Below, piece by piece: positions 26,451 through 36,857 of a stretch of 36,857 nucleotides of DNA. Every line of letters starts with the position of its first letter. The first letter of the stretch is position 1. Where the stretch lies: the NCBI GenBank assembly GCA_035546895.1, contig DASZVW010000040.1:1-36857 (forward strand). Direction: 5' to 3'. Made by a program: the position numbers and the translations under genes. Source of the DNA: Polyangia bacterium. Its GTDB lineage: Bacteria > Myxococcota_A > Polyangia > Fen-1088. Under the pieces are notes generated by a model. It searched no databases. It worked only from the letters and a program-made list of their open reading frames with translations, and was not told the DNA's origin.

Positions 26451-27331
26451 CCGTCCAGGGGCGCCACGTCGACCGAGACGCTCAGTTGATGTTGACCCCC
26501 GCCGAGGAGGACGCCGCGCATCGGCGTCACGTCATCGAAGTCGCGACCGTAGGCGACCGTCAGGTGGCGGTCGGTGGGGATGACGTCGTTGGTGGGGTCG
26601 AGGTCTAGCCAGCCTGCCGGGCCGAAGTGGGGCGAACGGACCGACAGCCAGGCATGCGAAGCGTCGGCGCCCACGACACGTGGCTTGCCGGGCGGCGGCG
26701 TGGTGGCGAGATACCCGCTCACGTAGCGGGCCGGCAAGCCGAGCGCGCGCAGGCAGGCGAGCTGGACGTGCGCGAAGTCCTGGCAGACGCCCCGACCGCC
26801 GCGGAGGACGTCGTCGACGGAGGTCGAGACATCGGTGGCGGTCTGATCGTAGGCGAGCGCCGCGTGAAGTCGACTCATCAGGTCCTGCGCCGCCTCGACC
26901 AGCGGCCGCCCTGGCCGGAACGAGGCCAACGCGAAATCGAGCGCGGCAGGCGACAGCTCGACGTGCGGCGAAGGAAGTATCCACTCACCCGCGGCGCGCG
27001 CCTCCGGATCGGCCGCGCCCTTCACCCAGTCACGCGTCGCCTCCCAAGGACCTCCGTCGCCGGCCGGTGGGGGCGGCGACGTCACCTCCAAGTCGGCTTC
27101 GGAGGTGACGGTCAGGCTGGTGTGACGCTCGTGAATGGCGAGGTGGGTGGCGCGGTTGCCGAACCAGTCGAAGCGATCGCGCCGCACCGCCGGCGCCGGA
27201 TCGACTCGCAGCGACTCGGTGCGAATCCGCTGCCACGGTCCGCCGTGCAGGAGGACATGTAGCTCGTGGTGCGAGGTGGAGACCGGAACGCTGTAACGGT
27301 AGGCGGTGACGTGTTTGACTCGGTAGATCAT
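26447..27331 (-). CDS. Transglutaminase-family protein (Bact_transglu_N plus transglutaminase core)
   Basis: N-terminus MIYRVKHVTAYRYSVPV. Cys-His-Asp core: GRGVCQDFAHV, DASHAWLSV, LDLDPTN. Its start overlaps the upstream gene's stop by 4 nt. Confidence 0.9.
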   Translation of the reverse strand: MIYRVKHVTAYRYSVPVSTSHHELHVLLHGGPWQRIRTESLRVDPAPAVRRDRFDWFGNRATHLAIHERHTSLTVTSEADLEVTSPPPPAGDGGPWEATRDWVKGAADPEARAAGEWILPSPHVELSPAALDFALASFRPGRPLVEAAQDLMSRLHAALAYDQTATDVSTSVDDVLRGGRGVCQDFAHVQLACLRALGLPARYVSGYLATTPPPGKPRVVGADASHAWLSVRSPHFGPAGWLDLDPTNDVIPTDRHLTVAYGRDFDDVTPMRGVLLGGGQHQLSVSVDVAPLDG

Positions 27332-29928
27332 GCGCCGATCTCCGGGGAGGCCAGCGCGCGGGAAATTGTCGCCGGCGTCAAATAGGCGGAGAACAGCGCA
27401 TCGGACAGCGACTGCAACCTGCGCACCAGGTCGGCGAGCAGCGCGCCCAGCGCCGGCCTACCTCCGTCCGCGGGCGCGCAGACGGCCTCCACGTCGAGGA
27501 GTCGGATCTCGGAGAGCACTTCGTGGGCCAGCCGCTCTTCCAGGCTACGCCGGGCACCCGCCGCGTCGCGCGGCAGTGCGCTGACGTGATCGGCCAGCGC
27601 CGCCAACTGGAAGACGATGGCGCGCGGGTTCCGGTCGTCGCTCACCAGGAGATCGACCACCGGCGCCACCTGCAACGTCGCGCGGTAGCGGCGCCGGTAG
27701 GTCATGGCGCTGTCGGCCGCGGCCAGCAGCGCTTCCAAGAGCGGCAGCTCCTCGTCGGTCGCCGCGTGGGGCAACGTCCGTTCGATCATCAACGCCGTAT
27801 TGAGCGCGCGCTCGAGCCGGCGGCCCATGTCCAGGAACCGCCAGGGCGCCTCGCGCGTCATGCTCTCCGAGGTCAGCCCGGAGAGCCCGGCCAGGATCAT
27901 GACCACCCGATCGAGGCGGGCGCCGAGGACGACCGGTCGTTCGTCGGCACCGCCCCGCACGGCATCGGCCAGCTCGTGCGCCAGCGCCGACACGGCCGTC
28001 CAGGTATCCATGGACAAGCGATCGCGGATGGCGCGCGCCACCCGATCGACCGCCCGGCCCGAGGCGATCAGCGAGCCAGACACAGCCTCGTCGAACAGCG
28101 CCTCGCGCATGATCCGACTCGAGGCCGCGACCTCGGCCTGCGGCGGCAGGGCGGTGAGGTCGGTCCCCGAGGCGACCATGGTCAAGGCGCGGAGCGCCGC
28201 TACCAGCGGCGCCAGGTCGCCGGCCAGGAACTGCGGATCGCGGGGCTCGGCGAGCCGCGTGCAGATGATCCGCCCCAGACGCGCGATCGCCTCCGCCCGC
28301 TCGGCGTAGCGCCCGAGCCAGAAGAAGTTGTCGGCCACCCGGCTCGGCAGGTCGCCTCCCCCGCGGGTCAGCTCGACCGGCTCGACGGTCGGGCGCAGCA
28401 GCGAGAACTCGCTGACCGGGCTGTCGCTGATCACCCAGGTGTCCTTGCTGCGGGCGCCGCGCGCGATCGAGATGTCGGCCTCCCCCGCTCCGCCGCAGAG
28501 CCCCAGCGCGCCGGGCATCACCTGGTAACCCCGCCCTCCGTCGGCGACGACGAAGCTGCGCAGCACGACCGGCCGTGGTCTGAGATCGTCCCCCTCGATG
28601 ACCGGGACGGTCGAAGGCGCTACCTGCCGCTGCGCCACCCAGCGCCCCGGCGCCGCCTGGATGGTGGCCGCCAGGTTGTCGAGCGCGCCGCGATCGAGCC
28701 GGCCGGCGAAGATGGGGTCGGTCGGACCGAGGGGATAGGTCGGCTTGATCACCATCTCGGGCAGGTGGGCGAGCACGTGCGCCAGGATCTCCGGCTGGCC
28801 GCACCACCAGGTCTCCACCGACGCCAGCTTCAGCTCCTCGCCCAGCAGCAGGCGGCAGATCCCGGGCAGGAACGGGATCAGCGCCGGCGTCTGCAGGACG
28901 CCGGTGCCGAGCGCGTTGGCGACGGCGACGGCCCCGTCGCGCGCGGCCTGCAGGAGCCCCGGCACGCCGAGCAGCGAGTCGGGGCGCAGCTCGAGCGGGT
29001 CGCAGTAGTCGTCGCGCAGCCGGCGCAGGATGACGTCGACGGGATGCAGACCGCCCAGCGTCTTCAGGAACACGCGCCCGTCGCGCACGGTGAGATCGCC
29101 CCCCTCGACGAGCGGGTAGCCGAGGTACTGCGCGAGGAACGCCTGCTCGAAGTAGGTGGCGTTGTGGGCCCCGGCGGTCAGCAGCACGATGCGCGGATTG
29201 GACACGCCGTGCGGGGCCAGCGCGGCCAGCGTCTCGCGAAGGGTCCGGAAGAACAGCGCCAGCCGCTGGGTGTTGGAGTCGCGGAACGCCTCCGGCAGCA
29301 CGCGCCCGAGGACGATCCGGTTCTCCAGCGCGTAGCCGGCTCCGGCCGGCGCTTGCGTCCGGTCGGCCATCACCCGCAGCGTCCCCTCGGGCGTGCGCGC
29401 CAGGTCCGCGGCGTAGAAGTGCAGGAACTGCCCGCCCGGCGGCTGCGACCCGGCGCAGGCCCGCAGCAGGTTGGGGTGGGCGAGGAAGACCTCCGGCGGG
29501 ACGATCCCCTCGGCGATGGTGCGCCGCGGGCCGTAGAGATCGGCCAGCAGCCGGTCGAGCAACATCGCCCGCTGCGCGAGGCCCGCCGCCAGCGCGGCCC
29601 ACTCGTCGGCCGCCAGCAGCACCGGGATCGGGTCGAGCGGCCAAGGGCGCTCGAGCCCCCGCGGATCGCCGTAGACGTTGAACGTGACCCCGTGCTGGCG
29701 GATCAGCTGGCGCGCCTGCTCCCATCGCCGCCACAGCTCACCGGGCCCGAAGGCGCCCAGCGCGCGCTCGAGGACCTGCCAGTGCGGGCGCACGGCGCCG
29801 TCGGGCGCCCGCATCTCGTCCCAGGGTGGGACGGATGACGTGACGGGTGCCACCGCCGCGTTGCGCGTGGAGGCCTCCCCCGGCGGCGCGCCGGGCGCCT
29901 CGTGCGGTTCTCCGTGAATGTCGGCCAA
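27328..29928 (-). CDS. Circularly permuted type-2 ATP-grasp domain fused to an Alpha-E domain
   Basis: WDEMRAPDGAVRPHW...GVTFNVYGD...PGLLQAARDGAVAVANALGTGVLQTPALIPFLP, then Alpha-E (SRVADNFFWLGRYAERAE). It is paralogous to 30031-32519. The TTG start at 29928 is uncertain; GTG 29853 is an alternative. Confidence 0.88.
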   Translation of the reverse strand: MADIHGEPHEAPGAPPGEASTRNAAVAPVTSSVPPWDEMRAPDGAVRPHWQVLERALGAFGPGELWRRWEQARQLIRQHGVTFNVYGDPRGLERPWPLDPIPVLLAADEWAALAAGLAQRAMLLDRLLADLYGPRRTIAEGIVPPEVFLAHPNLLRACAGSQPPGGQFLHFYAADLARTPEGTLRVMADRTQAPAGAGYALENRIVLGRVLPEAFRDSNTQRLALFFRTLRETLAALAPHGVSNPRIVLLTAGAHNATYFEQAFLAQYLGYPLVEGGDLTVRDGRVFLKTLGGLHPVDVILRRLRDDYCDPLELRPDSLLGVPGLLQAARDGAVAVANALGTGVLQTPALIPFLPGICRLLLGEELKLASVETWWCGQPEILAHVLAHLPEMVIKPTYPLGPTDPIFAGRLDRGALDNLAATIQAAPGRWVAQRQVAPSTVPVIEGDDLRPRPVVLRSFVVADGGRGYQVMPGALGLCGGAGEADISIARGARSKDTWVISDSPVSEFSLLRPTVEPVELTRGGGDLPSRVADNFFWLGRYAERAEAIARLGRIICTRLAEPRDPQFLAGDLAPLVAALRALTMVASGTDLTALPPQAEVAASSRIMREALFDEAVSGSLIASGRAVDRVARAIRDRLSMDTWTAVSALAHELADAVRGGADERPVVLGARLDRVVMILAGLSGLTSESMTREAPWRFLDMGRRLERALNTALMIERTLPHAATDEELPLLEALLAAADSAMTYRRRYRATLQVAPVVDLLVSDDRNPRAIVFQLAALADHVSALPRDAAGARRSLEERLAHEVLSEIRLLDVEAVCAPADGGRPALGALLADLVRRLQSLSDALFSAYLTPATISRALASPEIGA

Positions 29929-30030
29929 CTTAGGAGGTCCGAGGTTAATGAAAGGTTTCGAGACGGATCAAATACCGTAAACGGGCCGCGCCGCCATGGT
30001 CTGCGCCGCGCGCATTTCCTAGGATGGCCC

Positions 30031-31535
<1,505 letters not shown>

Positions 31536-31539
<4 letters not shown>

Positions 31540-32519
31540 TCTCCCGGGTGGCCGACCACTGCTTCTGGCTCGGCCGCTACGTCGAGCGCGCCGAGAGCAG
31601 CGCGCGCCTCCTGCAGGTGACCCGCACGCTGGCCTTCGACGCCGAGCTGCCGCCGCTCCATTGCTGGCGGCCGCTGGTGATCGTGTCGGGGCAGTACCCG
31701 GACCTGGCCGGGCAGATGGGCGCGGAGGCGGCGGGCGACGGCGAAGCGGTCCAGCGCTACATGACCTGGGCGCCCAACAACCCGGTGTCGATCCGCAACT
31801 CGATCCGCGCCGCGCGCGAGGGGGCGCGCTCGATCCGTGAGGTGATCGGCCACGACATCTGGGAGGCGACCAACGAGCTCTACCTCTGGTTCATGAGCGA
31901 GGGAGGCGCCGCGCAGTACCTGCAGGACCGCGACGAGGTCTACAGGCACATCCGCCGCTCGACCCAGCTGACGCTCGGCCTCGTGCGCAGCACCATGATG
32001 CACGACGAGCCGATGGACTTCCTGTGGCTCGGCGTGATGCTCGAACGCGTCGGCCAGACCGCCCGCACGCTGGACATGCACTTCCACATCCGCGGCGCCG
32101 CCGAGAGCCAGGCCCAGCCGCTGCTGCAGAACGCGCTCTCGCTGTCGCTCCTGCGCGCCTGCTCCGGCTTCGAGGCCTACATGCGCAAGCAACAGGGGCG
32201 CGTCAGCGGCGAGACCGTGAGCGCGTTCCTGCTCTTCGACGACCGGTTCCCGAGGTCGTTGCGCTACTGCCTGCGTACGGCCCTGGCGCTGATCAAGCGC
32301 CTCCCCGCTTCGCGCAGCGGGGGGATCCTGGCCGCGCGAAGGCGCCTCGACGCCCTCGACCAGTGGCTGGACGGCCAGGAGAAGAACGGCGCCTCCCCGG
32401 CCGAGCACCGGCTCCTCACCCGGGTGGTCGACGAGACCGCGGAGATCTGTGGCGAGGTCCAGAGCGGCTTTCAGGGCGAGCCGCCGGCGGCGCTCTCCCA
32501 GCCGGAAGCGGCGCAGTAG
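31536..32519 (+). CDS. Alpha-E domain protein
   Basis: VISRVADHCFWLGRYVERAESSARLL... The GTG overlaps the upstream stop (GTGA, 31536-31539). Confidence 0.88.
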
Positions 32520-32534
32520 CGTGGTCCCCTCGGC

Positions 32535-35500
32535 ATGAGCATCCGCGTCGCGCTCACCCACACCTCACGTTACCGCTACGACCGGGAGGTCACGCTGCAG
32601 CCGCACCTCGTGCGCCTGCGCCCCGCGCCGCATGGCCGCGCGCCGATCGTCAGCTACGCCATGCAGGTGACGCCCGGGGACCACTTCCTCAACTGGCAGC
32701 AGGATCCGTTCGGCAATTACCAGGCGCGGCTGGCATTTCCCAGTCCTGCGCGCGAGCTCAGCGTGGTGGTCGATCTGGTGGCCGACATGGTCGCCGTCAA
32801 CCCATTCGACTTCTTCATCGAGGCGTACGCCGAGAAGTACCCGTTCCGCTACGAACCCTCGCTGGCCCGCGAGCTGGCCCCGTACCTGACCCAGTCGCCG
32901 CCCGCGCCGCGGTTCTGCGCGCTCATCGAAGAGGTACACAACCGGCACGCGCGCCCGGGCCGCCGCAACGTCGACGTGCTGGTCGACATCAATCGCGACA
33001 TCTCGGGGCGGCTCCGCTACGACCTGCGGATGGAGCCGGGCGTGTTCGAGCCCGAGGAGACGCTCACGCGCGGCCACGGGTCGTGTCGCGACTTCGCCTG
33101 GCTCGAGGTCGAGCTGCTGCGGCGGCTCGGCTACGCGGCGCGCTTCGTCTCCGGCTATTCGATCCAGCTCAAGCCGGACGTCAAGCCGCTCGACGGCGGC
33201 CCGGCGGGCGTCGCCGAGGACGTCGCCGACCTGCACGCCTGGACAGAGGTCTACCTCCCCGGCTCGGGGTGGATTGGGCTCGACGCCACCAGCGGCCTCC
33301 TGGCCGGGGAGGGGCACATCCCGCTGGCTGCCACCGCCTGGCTGTCGACGGCCGCGCCGATCACCGGATCGTTCGCCTTCCAACCGAAAGTGGAGGGAGA
33401 GCGGGTCGGCGAGGAGGCCACCTTCGCCCTCCGCGTCCAGCGTATCGCCGAGGCGGCGCGCGTCACCAAGCCGTACCGCGATGACCAGTGGGCAGCGATC
33501 GACGCGCTCGGCGCGGCCGTCGATCGCGATCTCGAGCGCTACGACGTGCGGCTGACCATGGGGGGCGAGCCGACGTTCGTCTCCATCGACGACCGCGACG
33601 CGCCCGAGTGGAACACCGCCGCGCTCGGCGATGGGAAGCGGAACCTGGCGGACCAGCTGGTTCGACGGCTGCGCGCCCGCTTCGCACCGGGCGGGCTGCT
33701 GCACCACGGTCAGGGGAAGTGGTACCCGGGCGAGCCGCTCCCCCGGTGGGCCTACACCTGCTACTTCCGTCGCGACGGTGAGCCGGTCTGGAGCGATCCG
33801 GCGCTGTTCGCCGAGGAGCGCTCTGCCCGCCCCGCGGTCGATGCCGACGCGCGGGGGTTCGTGACCGAGCTGGCTCGGCGGTTGGGCCTGGCGGATGATG
33901 CGGCGCAGGCCGCCTTCGAGGACGCCTTCTACTACCTTTGGCGCGAGCGCCGCCTCCCGAGCAACGTCGACGTGCTGGAGAGCCGCCTCGACGATCCGAT
34001 CGAGCGCGCGCGGCTGGCGCGGGTGTTCGACGCCGGCCTCGGCGCCACGGCCGGCTACGTCCTCCCACTGCGCGCGCGCCTGATCGAGGGCGACGGCGCG
34101 GCGCCGCTGGTGTTCTGGGAGAGCGGCCGCTGGTCGGTGCGCGCCGACCACCTCTTCCTCGTCCCCGGCGATTCGCCGATGGGGTTCCGGCTGCCGCTCG
34201 ACGGTCTGCCCTGGGAAGCCGAGGAGACGCGCCACACGATCCACGAGCGCGATCCGCTCGAGGCCCGGCCGCCGCTTGGCACGACCATCCAGCGCGGACC
34301 GCGACCGGCGGCGCCGGCGACGGGCGAGGTCGGGGCGCCGCCGACCGAGATCGTCCGCACCGCTCTCTGCGTCGAGCGGCGCGACGGGCTCCTGCACGTC
34401 TTCATGCCGCCGCTCGATCACCTCGAGGAGTACCTGGCGCTGGTGGCCGCCGTCGAGGACGTGGCGCGCGCGCGGGCGCAGCCGGTGCGCATCGAGGGCT
34501 ACCACCCGCCGCGCGATCACCGGCTCGAGCGCCTGTCCGTCACACCCGATCCCGGCGTCATCGAGGTGAACGTCCATCCGGCCCGGAGCTGGGCGGACCT
34601 TTCGCGGACCACGACGGCGCTCTACGAGGAGGCGCGGCTCTGCCGGCTCGGCACCGAGAAGTTCATGCTCGACGGGCGGCACACCGGCACCGGCGGCGGC
34701 AACCACGTGGTGCTGGGCGGCCCGACGCCGGGCGACAGCCCGTTCCTCCGCCGCCCCGATCTGCTGCGCAGCCTGGTCGGCTACGTCCTCAACCACCCGT
34801 CGCTGTCGTATCTCTTCTCGGGCCTCTTCGTGGGACCGACCAGCCAGGCGCCGCGTCTCGACGAGGCCCGCCAGGACAGCGTGCACGAGCTGGAGCTCGC
34901 GTTTGGCGAGGTGCCGCGCGAGGGCGCCGCGCCGCCGTGGCTGGTCGATCGGATCTTCCGCAACTTGCTGGTCGACGTCACGGGCAACACCCACCGCGCC
35001 GAGATCTGCATCGACAAGCTCTACAGCCCCGACAGCGCCAGCGGACGGCAGGGGCTGGTCGAGCTGCGCGCGTTCGAGATGCCGCCGCACCCGCAGATGA
35101 GCCTCACGCAGCAGCTCCTCCTGCGCGCCCTGATCGCCTGGTTCTGGCGCGCCCCGTACGTCCGAAGACCGGTGCGCTGGGGGACGGCCCTCGCCGATCG
35201 CTTCACCCTCCCCCACTTCGTGGCCCAGGACCTCGAGGACGTGCTCGACGATCTGCGCGCGGCGGGCTACCCGTTCGCCAGCAACTGGTTCCGCGCCCAC
35301 CACGACTTCCGGTTCCCGCTGGCCGGCGCGATCGCCGTCGACGGCGTCGCGCTGGAGCTGCGTACCGCGATCGAGCCCTGGCACGTGCTCGGCGAGGAGC
35401 CGGGCGCGGGCGGCACCGTCCGCTACGTCGACTCCTCGGTCGAGCGGCTGGAGGTCAAGGCCCGCGGCCTGGTCGAGAGCCGGCACGTGCTCGCCTGCAA

Positions 35501-35864
35501 CGGGCGCCGCCTCCCCCTCCATCCGACCGGCTCGCCCGGCGAGGCGGTGGCCGGGCTGCGCTTCCGCGCCTGGCAGCCGGCCTCGGCGCTGCACCCGACG
35601 ATCGGCGTCCACGCGCCGCTCATCCTGGACGTGATCGACACCTGGACGGGCCGCGCGATCGGCGGCTGCACGTACCACGTCGCGCACCCTGGCGGGTTGG
35701 CGCACGAGCGCCTGCCGGCCAACGCGCTGGAGGCCGAGGGCCGCCGCATCGCCCGCTTCTTCCCTTTCGGTCACACGCCCGGGCCTCAGGAGGCGCCGCC
35801 CGAGGAGCGCAACCCCGACTTCCCCTTCACGCTTGATCTGCGCCGTCCGCCGCCCCGCGGTTAG
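32535..35864 (+). CDS. Large transglutaminase-family protein (Bact_transglu_N, transglutaminase core and a DUF2126-type C-terminal region)
   Basis: N-terminus MSIRVALTHTSRYRYDREV. Core: GHGSCRDFAWL, DLHAWTEVYL, GLDATSG. A ~800-aa extension follows, as is typical of the ~1100-aa members. Confidence 0.9.
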   Translation: MSIRVALTHTSRYRYDREVTLQPHLVRLRPAPHGRAPIVSYAMQVTPGDHFLNWQQDPFGNYQARLAFPSPARELSVVVDLVADMVAVNPFDFFIEAYAEKYPFRYEPSLARELAPYLTQSPPAPRFCALIEEVHNRHARPGRRNVDVLVDINRDISGRLRYDLRMEPGVFEPEETLTRGHGSCRDFAWLEVELLRRLGYAARFVSGYSIQLKPDVKPLDGGPAGVAEDVADLHAWTEVYLPGSGWIGLDATSGLLAGEGHIPLAATAWLSTAAPITGSFAFQPKVEGERVGEEATFALRVQRIAEAARVTKPYRDDQWAAIDALGAAVDRDLERYDVRLTMGGEPTFVSIDDRDAPEWNTAALGDGKRNLADQLVRRLRARFAPGGLLHHGQGKWYPGEPLPRWAYTCYFRRDGEPVWSDPALFAEERSARPAVDADARGFVTELARRLGLADDAAQAAFEDAFYYLWRERRLPSNVDVLESRLDDPIERARLARVFDAGLGATAGYVLPLRARLIEGDGAAPLVFWESGRWSVRADHLFLVPGDSPMGFRLPLDGLPWEAEETRHTIHERDPLEARPPLGTTIQRGPRPAAPATGEVGAPPTEIVRTALCVERRDGLLHVFMPPLDHLEEYLALVAAVEDVARARAQPVRIEGYHPPRDHRLERLSVTPDPGVIEVNVHPARSWADLSRTTTALYEEARLCRLGTEKFMLDGRHTGTGGGNHVVLGGPTPGDSPFLRRPDLLRSLVGYVLNHPSLSYLFSGLFVGPTSQAPRLDEARQDSVHELELAFGEVPREGAAPPWLVDRIFRNLLVDVTGNTHRAEICIDKLYSPDSASGRQGLVELRAFEMPPHPQMSLTQQLLLRALIAWFWRAPYVRRPVRWGTALADRFTLPHFVAQDLEDVLDDLRAAGYPFASNWFRAHHDFRFPLAGAIAVDGVALELRTAIEPWHVLGEEPGAGGTVRYVDSSVERLEVKARGLVESRHVLACNGRRLPLHPTGSPGEAVAGLRFRAWQPASALHPTIGVHAPLILDVIDTWTGRAIGGCTYHVAHPGGLAHERLPANALEAEGRRIARFFPFGHTPGPQEAPPEERNPDFPFTLDLRRPPPRG

Positions 35865-35867
35865 GTT

Positions 35868-36170
35868 TCAGTCGACGGCGCGCGCGCCGGCCGTCAGACG
35901 GCGGGACAGGAGGGGGACCGTCGTGCCAAAGAGTCCGGCGAGACGCTCGAGATCGCCTCCGCACGCCTCTTTTTCGTAAAGAAGTATCGGCAGCGACACG
36001 CACGCCAGCCGGTGGAGCTCGGGCCATCGCGTGACCCGGCGCCAGAAGGTGCCGCGCGAGATCCCCAGGAGCTGGGCAGCGCGTCCTCGATTCCAGTTGG
36101 AATCCTCGAAAGCCGAGAGGATCTGCTCGGCGGTCGGCCCTCCGCCCGGCGATGGCTGCGGCGTCTGCAT
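35868..36170 (-). CDS. Small Fis-type (HTH_8) DNA-binding protein
   Basis: AEQILSAFEDSNWNRGRAAQLLGISRGTFWRRV resembles the C-terminal HTH of NtrC-type activators. No AAA+ or receiver domain is present. The 100-aa ORF starts next to an AT-rich patch. Confidence 0.5.
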   Translation of the reverse strand: MQTPQPSPGGGPTAEQILSAFEDSNWNRGRAAQLLGISRGTFWRRVTRWPELHRLACVSLPILLYEKEACGGDLERLAGLFGTTVPLLSRRLTAGARAVD

Positions 36171-36285
36171 AAGTAAGTATACGTTTACATATATCTGGCC
36201 CGCCAGGGAAGCCCCGGACGGCCGACCCGGCGCTCCTCGCGTTTGGCGCCGCGGAGCCGGCCATCGTGTCGTGTACTCTGCGCCG

Positions 36286-36857
36286 ATGGGCAGGACGCGG
36301 GACGCCGACCGGACGCGGGAGCAGATCCTACGCGCGGCGACGAGTGAGTTCGCGGCGCACGGCTACAGCGGCGCCCGGGTGGAGCGCATCCGGCGGCGCG
36401 CGCGGGTCAACACCCGCATGATCTATCACTACTTCGGCGACAAGAGCCGCCTCTACGTCGCCGTCCTGGAGCGCACGATCGGTGACCTGCGCCAGGAGGA
36501 GCTGCGGCTGGAGGTCGACGACGTCGACCCGCTGGAGGGCTTGCTGCAACTGTTCGAGTTCGTCGACCGCCACTTCGCCAACCACCCGGAGCTGATCACG
36601 CTGCTCAGCGGGGAGAACCTGCTGCGCGGGCGCTTCATGCGCAGCACCACCACGCCGCCGATCGTCAGCTCGCCGCTCATGCCCCTCATCGAGGAGCTGC
36701 TCCGCCGCGGCGAGCGCAAGGGCCAGATCCGCGCCGGCGTCGATCCGCTGCACCTCTACATCGCCATGGTGGGGCTCTGCTACTTCCTCCGTTCGAACGC
36801 CCACACCCTCTCCTTCCTGTTCCGGACCGACCTCCTATCGGCACGATGGCGAGGCGA
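36286..36857 (+). CDS. TetR/AcrR-family transcriptional regulator; the 3' end lies outside the window
   Basis: MGRTRDADRTREQILRAATSEFAAHGYSGARVERIRRRARVNTRMIYHYFGDKSRLY is a canonical TetR N-terminal HTH. The frame is open to the window end. Confidence 0.85.
   Translation, partial: MGRTRDADRTREQILRAATSEFAAHGYSGARVERIRRRARVNTRMIYHYFGDKSRLYVAVLERTIGDLRQEELRLEVDDVDPLEGLLQLFEFVDRHFANHPELITLLSGENLLRGRFMRSTTTPPIVSSPLMPLIEELLRRGERKGQIRAGVDPLHLYIAMVGLCYFLRSNAHTLSFLFRTDLLSARWRG

Noticed and set aside
29996-30013. A GG-N10-GC match (TGGTCTGCGCCGCGC) upstream of the plus-strand ATP-grasp operon as a thirteenth sigma-54 site.
   Set aside because: The -12 region lacks the TTGC T residues and the distance to the start differs (20 nt). 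Bare GG-N10-GC is expected by chance every few tens of nucleotides in this composition.
32565-35774. A 1069-aa minus-strand ORF, and similar long ORFs elsewhere (1633-3261, 2343-3821, 3679-5058, 9150-11186, 18034-19776, 20165-21625, 27523-29838, 27545-29734, 30019-31311, 33938-35836).
   Set aside because: All are antisense or out of frame to genes with clear family motifs. Their translations are dominated by Arg/Gly/Pro/Ala runs with no recognisable domains. These are GC-rich frame artefacts.

Overview
High-GC DNA (about 70% by eye) from a Gram-negative bacterium, shown by lipobox lipoproteins and a NodT-type outer-membrane factor. The composition and gene content resemble Myxococcota-like lineages, but the taxon cannot be proven from this sequence. 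I support about 37 protein-coding genes. I saw no rRNA, tRNA, CRISPR array or transposase.

Gene content, left to right:
- 1-764: two TPM-domain genes.
- 748-8673: a stress block. It holds two tandem universal stress proteins (USPs), an Rv2004c-like phosphotransferase/P-loop protein, a sigma-32-like sigma factor whose ATG overlaps the stop of an MgtA-like P-type ATPase, a small membrane protein, and a CBS gene coupled to a hemerythrin-YceI fusion.
- 8698-9066: an apparently frameshifted secreted-protein gene.
- 9069-12195: a Pat-type acetyl-CoA synthetase/GNAT protein acetyltransferase and a small lipoprotein.
- 12326-16986: a DevC-DevA-DevB-type ABC exporter with a NodT outer-membrane factor and a DUF2061 gene.
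- 16983-22564: an orphan PhoU, a USP-VIT pair, a nitroreductase-hemerythrin pair, an orphan membrane-fusion protein and a receiver-less CheB-like protein.
- About 22.6-25.1 kb: a lower-GC islet with a decayed PD40/TolB-like gene, a DUF2892 gene and a nucleotidyltransferase-fold gene.
- 25143-26450: a truncated PtsP-like GAF protein.
- 26.4-35.9 kb: two divergent paralogous modules of circularly permuted ATP-grasp, Alpha-E and transglutaminase.
- 35868-36857: a small Fis-type HTH gene and a partial TetR gene.

Two observations stand out:
1. Sigma-54-type -24/-12 elements recur in front of at least nine transcription units. In seven of them the -12 element lies only 13-16 nt from the start codon, which predicts essentially leaderless sigma-54 transcripts.
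2. The duplicated, head-to-head ATP-grasp/Alpha-E/transglutaminase system has, to my knowledge, only been predicted computationally and has no known substrate.

All family calls rest on motif recognition by eye, not on database searches.
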